Of a stretch of DNA of 64,000 bases, positions 21,140 to 29,414 are shown in pieces. A program made the translations under genes and the position numbers. The notes under the pieces are model-generated. The model made no database searches and was not told the DNA's origin. It saw only the letters and a program-made list of their open reading frames with translations. Source of the DNA: Gammaproteobacteria bacterium (GTDB taxonomy: Bacteria; Pseudomonadota; Gammaproteobacteria; JAJFKG01); assembly GCA_965116795.1 (NCBI GenBank), contig OZ220716.1, positions 651,362 through 715,361 on the forward strand, written 5' to 3'. The stretch's first letter is position 1; every line of letters begins with the position of its first letter.

Positions 21140-22522
21140 ATGAAACAACTTAGAATTACAACCAGGTTAAACCGTTTTGGTCTATGCATGGCCGTATTAT
21201 GTGCCTTGGTAAGCCATGCTGCATGGGCAGCAACTACTAATGCAACCGACAAAGGCATTTTCAATTCTGGTGTGTTTGACGTGGGTGCGTATGGTAATAC
21301 CGAGTTTGGCTTCATCCTGCAAACTAAGCTATCTGGCTATTTAGGCGACAGCGGTCGTCAAGCAATGGCGCTGGAATTAAGTGGTGGCCCTAAAACAATG
21401 CGGGTTAATGCAACCTATGGATTAGCATTAACATCAAAGCAACGCCTTAAATTAACCTTTGAACGCTTAGATCAAGAACTTGATTTTGACTTTGATTCTG
21501 GCAACGTAAGCCGTTGGGTCGGGCAAAATGCAGTGGGTGCCGGTTATGCATATTTATTTGATAACCCGTATATTAATGCATTTAATCTGGGTGGTTATTT
21601 CTCAAATTCGCCAAGTAGACACCTTTCTTCGAAAGATAAGCCATTTGATGATGAGACTAACACCGGTTATTTAGAACCGGAAAAACGTCATATCGCCGGT
21701 GCTAACAGTGGTAATGTGCATGCTGATCTAACCGTGACTCCATGGCCGTACGGCCGTTTAACCGGCGGTATGGATTACGACATTGTACGCTTTGATACCA
21801 AGTATCGTGATTATGATGTCGATGGCTTAGGTGGCCACGTGAGATTAACTCAGCGTATCTTCCCACAATTAAAAGCCACCTTTGCGTCTGAGTTTCGCCA
21901 AAATCAACGTGAATACCTAGGTGAAATTGGTTGGTTGTTACCATCACCACGTGGCACACAGTTAGAGTTGGTAGCATTATTAGATTATGTCGATAATTTA
22001 GCAACTGAACGTGACTTTTACACCAGCGGTGCACGTTTGAATTTATCACTCAATCCAGGCGATGGCACTTATAGTGAGTTAGCTAAACAACGTCATGCTG
22101 ATCTATTAACGTGGACACGTACTCCAGCAGTACGTATGTCGACTGTGTTGGCTGTGACGGATAACAAAGTGTCGGCGTATATCCGAGGGTTGTATGTGTC
22201 AGAACTTGTTGATGGGCCTGTTGGTAGAGTTGTGCGTGGTTGGACAGTAACGGAAGCGCAAGGCTTCAATCTTAACGAAGCTATTGCGATAGATTTATTT
22301 AACTATAATAGCAATTCTGGAGAGGCAGTTATAGAGTACATAGACTCGCCAACTGGTGGAATTCAAAATCTCAGAATCACCCGTTCGGATGTTAGAGGAG
22401 TGGTAATAGACTCTAATTCTGCGTGGGTAGCCACTAGTACAGGATTTAGGTGTGATGTGCCAGCTGTTGAAGTTGATAACGCTATAAATAGATGCCGTTT
22501 CCTCGCAGCAAAGCAGCATTAA
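21140..22522 (+). CDS. Secreted / outer-membrane-candidate protein, paralog A of a two-member family, function unknown
   Basis: RBS gaggag then ATG at 21140. Signal peptide MKQLRITTRLNRFGLCMAVLCALVSHAAWAA. Shares a ~330 aa beta-rich core with the protein at 27775 (AYAYLFDNPY, LGGYFS-SPS, REYLG-IGWLLPS, WTRTPAVRMS-VLA). Confidence 0.8.
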   Translation: MKQLRITTRLNRFGLCMAVLCALVSHAAWAATTNATDKGIFNSGVFDVGAYGNTEFGFILQTKLSGYLGDSGRQAMALELSGGPKTMRVNATYGLALTSKQRLKLTFERLDQELDFDFDSGNVSRWVGQNAVGAGYAYLFDNPYINAFNLGGYFSNSPSRHLSSKDKPFDDETNTGYLEPEKRHIAGANSGNVHADLTVTPWPYGRLTGGMDYDIVRFDTKYRDYDVDGLGGHVRLTQRIFPQLKATFASEFRQNQREYLGEIGWLLPSPRGTQLELVALLDYVDNLATERDFYTSGARLNLSLNPGDGTYSELAKQRHADLLTWTRTPAVRMSTVLAVTDNKVSAYIRGLYVSELVDGPVGRVVRGWTVTEAQGFNLNEAIAIDLFNYNSNSGEAVIEYIDSPTGGIQNLRITRSDVRGVVIDSNSAWVATSTGFRCDVPAVEVDNAINRCRFLAAKQH

Positions 22523-22581
22523 GCAACACTCTGTGATGTGTGTTAGTTAAGAATAGAATTCACATCCCTCAACTCAGACAA

Positions 22582-22620
22582 ACCCCAGAAAGGTAACTTT
22601 CTGGGGTTTTTTCTTTCTTT
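22582..22620 (+). terminator. Rho-independent terminator after paralog A
   Basis: Stem aaccccagaaag/ctttctggggtt followed by tttttctttc. Confidence 0.7.
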
Positions 22621-22629
22621 TCCATCATC

Positions 22630-22821
22630 CCAGCGGCTTGACCCAAAGGTTTTTATACAAGTAATACACCGACCTTGCTCTCCCCAGCCATCACCTCGCG
22701 GCTTGACTCAAAGGCCTCTACGCAAGTAACGCAACTATCTCCTCCCATGGTCGTAACCACAAGTAATGCACCTATCCCCTCCCTACGGCCGTCACCCCGC
22801 GATCAAGTCGCGGGGTGACGG
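22630..22821. repeat. Repeat family C: tandem degenerate units ending in hairpin ccccgcgatcaagtcgcgggg
   Basis: Repeated cgcggcttgac.caaagg...tacgcaagtaa.gca.c...cctccc units. Related copies at 27068 and 39131. Confidence 0.65.
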
Positions 22822-22916
22822 TTGTAAGAAAGCGACAGATACTTGCATTAATAGATTTTTTGTGCAATAAGTATAGGAAATTCCTATACAGCTCTATAAG
22901 ATAATCTTACATACCC

Positions 22917-23155
22917 ATGAAAGAAATTACGCGACATCTCGAAAGCTATATTATTCAATCACTTACGTCATTTCCGGCGGTATACATTGCTGGCCCTAGG
23001 CAATCCGGCAAGACCACCCTGGTACGACATATTGCCGCCAATCACCATCCGGCACGTTATATTACCTTTGATGATTTACAAATGCGTTCAGCAGCGGAGC
23101 ACGATCCAGACGCATTTTTACGCAGTCTAACCGGTGCAGTGGTATTAGATGAAGT
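22917..23155 (+). pseudogene. AAA+ ATPase (DUF4143 family), N-terminal fragment disrupted by an IS66 insertion
   Basis: Walker A GPRQSGKTTL. Reads ...VVLDEV and then enters the IS. The C-terminal part resumes at 25863. Confidence 0.75.
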
Positions 23156-23339
23156 GTATGCTTCCAGTACCGTTGCGTGACAGCCATCAATCTGTCAATT
23201 ATTCTGTGTAGGGGCAATTTATTTTTTTGATTTTGCCATTGTGCTTTTTTCCGACTTGCAATTTGAAAATAATGGGATCAGACTTGTTTCCAGGTCAGGT
23301 TATTTCTGACTGACCAATGGATGAAACAAGGATTATGTT

Positions 23340-24973
23340 GTGAAGAAACCGGAAACGATTGATTTAAGCCATGCAGAAGCAGAGTCATTACTGTCACGAC
23401 TTGAAACAGGTAATCTATCAGACACCGATCGCAAGCTATGCAGCAGTGCACTACGCATGGTATTTTGGTTGCAAGGTCAATTAACCGAAGCCAAACTCAG
23501 TATCCGTCGATTGAAGAGAATATTTGGGATCTGCAGCGAAAAACAGGGGTAAAAGGTACATCAACGTCGGCAAGTTCTTCTGACAAAGTGCCAAAAGACA
23601 CTGACAACGTTAAGGAAGATGATGTATCTGAGCAATCAAACAAAGGGCATGGACGCTATAGCGCAGATGATTATGTTGCAGCAGAAGTTCACAAAGTGAG
23701 TGATGAACGTTACTACCCAGGTGCACATTGCTTACATGTTGATTGTAAAGGCCGTTTATATTTATGGAATAAACCATCAAAAGTGATCCGTTTGTTAGGC
23801 CAACCAATGGCGCGGGTTGTACGTTATGACAGAGAGGTCTATCGTTGCGGATTGTGTTTAACGTTATTTACAGTGCCGTTACCAAAAGAAAGCGGCAAAG
23901 ATGTCTATAGCGATAGTTTCAAAGCGGTATTGGCGGTGAATCACTATGTATTTGGTTTGCCATTTTATCGGATAGCGAAGTATCACGAAGCGCAAGGCAT
24001 TCCATTACCGACATCGAATCAATTTGCGTGCATGGAGACGGTGTTTAATCACGTACTTCCTGTTTATCAAGCATTGCAACGTACTGCGGCCAACGGCGAG
24101 TTGGTCCAATACGATGACACCACAGCGAAGGTCCAAAGCCTCGTGTTAGAAAACCAGGCGCTAGAAGAAAAAGCACGTCGTGGCATATTTACAACAGCGG
24201 CACTATCAAAAGTAGGTGATAACGAAGTGGTATTAGTCTTTACAGGTCGCTCACATGGTGGTGAGAATATCACAGCGTTATTGCGCAAACGTGATACTGA
24301 GTTAGGGTCTGTTATTTTAATGTCAGATGCGCTGAGTCGAAACCGCATCAAAGACGAGTCGATTGCCGAACAGACGCAAGTTAGCTATTGTTTAACCCAT
24401 GCCAGACGCTATTTTTTCGAGTGCAAAGACGTTTATCCGAAGGTATGTCAGCCAGTACTAAACTGGATTGGGCAAGTGTATCGACACGAGCGTCATTGTA
24501 AAACATACGGCTATACACCAGAGCAACGCCTGCATTATCATCGTCGTCATTCGAAACCGATAATGAAACAGCTACGGCGATTTTTAGAACAATGTGTTCG
24601 AAAACGCTGGGCGGAGCCTAACAGTAGTGCTGGCAAAGCTATCAATTATATGCGCAACCATTTTCGAGAGTTAACGTTATTTTTATCTGTTCTTGGTGCA
24701 GTGCTAGATAACAATGATTCTGAGCGTTTAATTAAGATTGCACCCGTGATGTATCGTAAGAATTCACAACAATATCGTACCACTTATGGTGCTATGGTTG
24801 GCGACGTGTTGATGAGTGTATTATTCACGGCGCAATATGCTGGTGTTGACCCAGTGGATTATTTACAAAGTTTATTGTTGCATAAAGATGAGTTACAACA
24901 GCGTGCTAACGATTGGTTACCTTGGCATTATAAGGACACACTCAACACCAAGGCATTAGCCAAAGCGGCCTAA
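23340..24973 (+). pseudogene. IS66 TnpC transposase, apparently frameshifted near 23440-23550
   Basis: The N-terminal leucine-zipper part sits in the 23340-23552 frame and the remaining 511 aa in the 23438-24973 frame, with a CxxC zinc-finger region (YRCGLCLTLF). Confidence 0.65.
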
Positions 24974-25332
24974 GCCGCTTTGGCAGGTAGAGACTTCCAG
25001 TTTTGTTGACAATTAGCGGTAATGGGATTGCCGTTATACAGTAAGATATTCAGTGTGCTGGCAGTTAATTCAATCGTCGTGCAATTATCTTGTGGCCACC
25101 ACTGAAGTCGTCCTCTGGACAGTCGTTTATGACATAGCCAGAAACCTTGGCCATCGTAGGTCAGCAGTTTGATGGCGTTACGACGACGATTGGTAAAGAC
25201 AAATACCGTGCCATTAAAGGGGTCATTGTACATGTTAGCTTGGCAGACTCGACACAAACCTTCGATACCGGCTCTGAAGTCCACCGGTTCTTTGGCTAAT
25301 AAAATGCGGTGTTGAGGCGTTATTTGCAACAT
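24970..25332 (-). CDS. IS66 Orf2 (TnpB)
   Basis: DFRAGIEGLCRVCQ...DPFNGTVFVFTNRRRNAIKLLTYDGQGFWLCHKRLSRGRLQW, the classic IS66 Orf2. Confidence 0.8.
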   Translation of the reverse strand: MLQITPQHRILLAKEPVDFRAGIEGLCRVCQANMYNDPFNGTVFVFTNRRRNAIKLLTYDGQGFWLCHKRLSRGRLQWWPQDNCTTIELTASTLNILLYNGNPITANCQQNWKSLPAKAA

Positions 25333-25342
25333 CCGTTTATCC

Positions 25343-25780
25343 TCAGCACAGTGTTTTCAATAGTTGGGCTGTTGATGTGACATCCGCTAGACGAATAGCC
25401 ACATGCAGACCATGTGGGTAATGGATAGTCAACTCACACGCGGCCGTTTGTATTGCGATGTTGGTTTGAGGTGCTTTGTTCTTAATTGGTTTGACGGTGA
25501 CAAAGTGTGGTGTTGTTTTACTTGATACGGCTTTTTGCTCACGCCAGCGTTTTAGTTGAGAATGATTTATTCTTAATGACTTCAGTTTTGAGAATGGTAT
25601 GCCGTTATTAAAGGCGCGAACAGTTGCTTGGCGTAACGCTAGTGGCACAGGCGCATTGCTAGATTTGTTAGCCCGCCATTGTTCAAACTGTTGTTGCAAT
25701 TGATCGAATGATGACGAATTTGCAATCTGTTTTTTACTACGTAAAGTTGTGCTGTGCGTTTTTGATTTCCTTGTTCCCAT
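25343..25780 (-). CDS. IS66 Orf1 (TnpA)
   Basis: Its ~145 aa size and position immediately upstream of Orf2 on the same strand are as expected for Orf1. Confidence 0.6.
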   Translation of the reverse strand: MGTRKSKTHSTTLRSKKQIANSSSFDQLQQQFEQWRANKSSNAPVPLALRQATVRAFNNGIPFSKLKSLRINHSQLKRWREQKAVSSKTTPHFVTVKPIKNKAPQTNIAIQTAACELTIHYPHGLHVAIRLADVTSTAQLLKTLC

Positions 25781-25862
25781 TAAAATGTCCTCTTGATACT
25801 GTTAGCAACTTCAGGCTAAACCATCAAAAAACACTATGCACGCACTTTTGCGGGAAGCATAC

Positions 25863-26882
25863 GATGAAGTGCAATTAGTGCCAGAGATCTTCAGGCCATT
25901 AAAAATCATGATTGATCATTATCGTGGTGATGCTGATGGCGGTCGCGGAAAGTTTTTATTAACCGGTTCAGCCAGCATTATGGCATTGCCTGCATTATCA
26001 GATGCCTTAGTTGGACGCATGGCATTACATACCCTCTTACCATTTTCTATGCGCGAAATTAGTGTGTGTGGTGCAAATGATTTTATTGAACAAGTGTTTG
26101 CGGCTGATTGGGATGTTACCCAAACTGATACCACTGATCTCAATACCATGTTAACTAGAGCATCATTTCCCGAGTTGTTATCATTAAATACAGTAGAAGC
26201 ACGCCATACATGGTGTGATAGTTATTTAAATACATTGTTGCAACGCGATGTGCGCACTTTATTAGAAGTTGATAAACTCGCAGTTTTGCCCAATTTATTA
26301 CGTTTAATAGCAACGCATAGCGGTAGCATATTAAATACTGCATCGTTATCTCGTACTATTGGTTTAAATCATGTTACAACTAAAAAATATTGCCTATTAC
26401 TGAATAGTTTATTTCTAACCTTATCTATACCGGCATGGTCGGTTAATCTTGGTAAGCGCTTAGTGAAATCTCCAAAGATATATTTAACAGACATCAATTT
26501 ATTAGGGTATTTACTTAATATTCACCTCAATGAATTACATCAACAAAACCCGATGTTATTGGGCCAAGTCTTAGAAAATGCGGTTGCCATTGAATTAAGT
26601 AAACAAATTGCATTCTCAAAAACACGCGTGCATTTGTACCATTACCGCACCAGTGCTGGGCAGGAAGTCGATTTTATTCTAGAAGATAGTCGTGGTCGTG
26701 TGGTTGCTATTGAAGTTAAAGCTAGCAGCAAAGTAACGGCCAATGATTTTCGGCATGTATTAACCTTAAAAGACGCATTGGGTAAACGCTTTCATCGAGG
26801 TTTTATTATTTATCAAGGCGCTGATAGCGTGGCATTTGCTAATGACTTATTTGCTATTCCGTTTAATGCGTTGTGGGCGTGA
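25863..26882 (+). pseudogene. AAA+ ATPase (DUF4143 family), C-terminal part. An ATG inside the IS right end at 25836 creates an in-frame ORF
   Basis: Resumes ...DEVQLVPEIFRPLK, so IS excision would restore LDEVQ (Walker B). The DUF4143 C-terminal region is intact. Confidence 0.75.
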
Positions 26883-27067
26883 TGTATGCGGTATGCTTGA
26901 ATTGGCTTTGTTGGCTGTGTGATGTTGTCACGGTTATGTATGTCCACTCCACACTAAATTGCACTAAGTGCAACCTACTGTAGAGTAGATTGCTAGGAAC
27001 TCCGATAACATCATCATGTTATGGGATTTTTTATGCTGGGGCGTTGTTCCTAAACCCCGCAAACCAA

Positions 27068-27141
27068 GCCTATAGATCTCTACACAAGTAATGCAACTAC
27101 CTCCTCCCGATGGCTATCACCCCGCGGCTTGATCGCGGGGG
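27068..27141. repeat. Repeat family C copy with hairpin ccccgcggcttgatcgcggggg
   Basis: tctacacaagtaatgcaactacctcctccc, near-identical to the 22700-22760 units. Confidence 0.65.
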
Positions 27142-27701
27142 CCAGGGAATCGTGTGTATTTTCTGATGCTTACTATGGTTTTATCTCTGAGCTTGATCCA
27201 GGAACGGAAAAAGAAAGAGTCATAGGGTGACGCCAATCAGAGAATGATCGAGCCACAGATGCTTATTCTGAGTGTGGATTGGGAACAAGCGCCAACAAGA
27301 AATCATAATCTTCATTTTATCCCATAGTTACGCTCACTTAGACGTTAACAGGCTCGTCAAAAATGCCTCGAGAAACTTCAGAATAGTGCTTATTTTGACC
27401 AGAAAAGGTGTGTTTTGGTCATAACTATTGCAATTGTGTTTATTTTTTGATACCTTTCCTCTCCGCTTAGACAAGCGATTGTCATTACGGACAACACGAT
27501 AAATCTGCTCACAATGGAGCCATTGCAGATACAAAGCAGCAGAAGTTGCTTGGGATATTAGATAGCAAGGTTGCATATCACTCGCGCAGGCAAGCGCACG
27601 TTAAAACATTATAAAACAGCAATTTGACACAATACTGAATAGATAAATCAAGATGATTTGTTTTTAATTAAAACTAATACCAATAGTGTATTTGGTTTTA
27701 A

Positions 27702-27732
27702 TGGATAATTATTCACAGTGAATAATCATCCA
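27702..27732. promoter_or_regulatory. 31-bp near-perfect palindrome, candidate operator ~45 bp upstream of paralog B
   Basis: tggataattattcacagtgaataatcatcca with one mismatch between arms. AT-rich hexamers loosely resemble a Fur box. Confidence 0.3.
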
Positions 27733-27774
27733 GCAATAATTTTATTTTAATAATTATTATATAAGGGGTTAATA

Positions 27775-29316
27775 ATGAAAACAGGCAATGCTTGTAGTAA
27801 GCAATTTATTTTCGGCACATTAATCGCAGCAACTATCATGGCAGTTGGTTTGATATCAAGCCAAGTAATCGCTGAGGTAGCAGAACAATCGGCGATCCAA
27901 CCAGCACCGATCCAAGCAAATTACAGTGATACTGGCAGCCATTTATTTAGTTCAGGCACATTAAGTACGGGTGGTTATTACGATACGACATTGGGCGCGT
28001 TTGCCGATGGTAAGTTGTCAGCCTATCTTGGTGGCAGTGACCAACATGCTGTAGCGTTAGAATTTGTCGGTGGTGCTAACCAATACCGAGTGAATACAAC
28101 GTACGGTTTTGCATTAACCGATAACCAACGAATTAAACTCACCTACGATTATCTAACCCAATACCACAATTTTAAGTTTGATTTAGGCGACACTAATCGT
28201 TGGGTAAAACAACATGCAGTGGGTGGTGCGTACGCGTACTTGTTTGATAACCCCTACGTAGAATCGATTGAAGTAGGTGGTTACTACTCGACATCACCAA
28301 GCCAAGGCTTATCAACTCAAACTGAAACAACAGACACAACTATCAAAACCAATGAACGTCGTATTGCCGGTGCTACCAGTTGGCATGCCTACACTGATTT
28401 AGCATTACGTTTATGGCCGCACAGTCGTTTGATCGGTGGTATGGACTATGACTATGTCAATTTTGATACCCAGAACTCCAACACGAAAACGGTTAACGGC
28501 GTTGGTGGTCACGTACAAGTGGAACAACGTGTACTACCACAAGTTAAAGTGACTGGTATGGCACGTTTCCAACAACAACAACGCGAGTACCTGGGTTCAG
28601 TAGGTTGGTTATTGCCATCACTACACGGGATGCAATTGGAGTTAGCTGCGGTGACGGATTACATTGACAGCATTGCTACCAAACGTCATTTCTTTATTAA
28701 TGGTGCACGTTTAAGTGTGGCATTAGGTACATCAAATGGTCGTTATGCTGAGTTAGATGATAACGGTAAACAAAGTCTATTAGCCTGGGTGCGTACCCCA
28801 GCTGTGCGTATGAATGATGTGTTAGCAATTGCAGATGGGAAAAGCCAGTTCCTAGATATTGATCCACAGTATGAATCAAAAACACTCATACCAGAAGCAA
28901 ATCGGATTCGGTGTAGTGCTAACAAAGATGGAGACGGAAATGTAACTAGCATTACTTGTATAAGTGATGATGGACTTTGGAAAGGAACGGTAACTGAAGT
29001 GGATTATGAGGGTTTAGATGCTCTTGTTGATGAAGAAACAGGTGAAGTGTTGGTGAATTTGAAATTCATAGAAGCAATCTACATCCCTGATGGTACAGAA
29101 CATTTATTAATGGCTAAATATAAAGATCCAGGAACTCTTTTCGAAGCAACTTTAACATCGAATTCTAACAGTTATTTACAGGTTATTGATGTTGATAAAG
29201 AAAGTGATAGTAGTCTATGGACTCCTACTGATGAAGTAGATGGCCATCTATCGTGTTCTTTTGGAGAGAATATCACTGTTGACCAATGCCAATTCCTCGT
29301 ACCAGCAGGTAGTTAA
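27775..29316 (+). CDS. Secreted / outer-membrane-candidate protein, paralog B (513 aa), function unknown
   Basis: Signal peptide. The core is homologous to paralog A, followed by a distinct acidic Cys-containing ~150 aa C-terminal domain. Confidence 0.8.
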   Translation: MKTGNACSKQFIFGTLIAATIMAVGLISSQVIAEVAEQSAIQPAPIQANYSDTGSHLFSSGTLSTGGYYDTTLGAFADGKLSAYLGGSDQHAVALEFVGGANQYRVNTTYGFALTDNQRIKLTYDYLTQYHNFKFDLGDTNRWVKQHAVGGAYAYLFDNPYVESIEVGGYYSTSPSQGLSTQTETTDTTIKTNERRIAGATSWHAYTDLALRLWPHSRLIGGMDYDYVNFDTQNSNTKTVNGVGGHVQVEQRVLPQVKVTGMARFQQQQREYLGSVGWLLPSLHGMQLELAAVTDYIDSIATKRHFFINGARLSVALGTSNGRYAELDDNGKQSLLAWVRTPAVRMNDVLAIADGKSQFLDIDPQYESKTLIPEANRIRCSANKDGDGNVTSITCISDDGLWKGTVTEVDYEGLDALVDEETGEVLVNLKFIEAIYIPDGTEHLLMAKYKDPGTLFEATLTSNSNSYLQVIDVDKESDSSLWTPTDEVDGHLSCSFGENITVDQCQFLVPAGS

Positions 29317-29414
29317 GCGATAAACCAAACTGGTCATAACTATAAAAGGATATAGGTTAGTTTAGGTTACACAATTTATTTTTTAGTAATTAGATAACAA
29401 CAAGGGTGAAAATA

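Larger units (their letters stand above)
23156..25862. mobile_element. IS66-family insertion sequence (~2.7 kb) with imperfect terminal IRs and an 8-bp TSD
   Basis: Ends GTATGCTTCC...GGAAGCATAC. Direct repeat GATGAAGT at 23148-23155 and 25863-25870. Carries tnpA, tnpB and tnpC homologues. Confidence 0.8.

Noticed and set aside
23340-23552. Programmed ribosomal frameshift in IS66 tnpC
   Set aside because: IS66 TnpC is normally a single ORF, and no slippery heptamer is evident. A disabling frameshift mutation is more parsimonious.
27334-27576. 80-aa minus-strand ORF in the 880-bp intergenic region upstream of paralog B
   Set aside because: It has no RBS and no motifs, and lies in a repeat-containing leader region. 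It is likely spurious, though a small protein or sRNA here cannot be excluded.
27702-27732. Definite Fur box call
   Set aside because: There is only loose hexamer resemblance. It is kept as a low-confidence candidate operator, not a named binding site.
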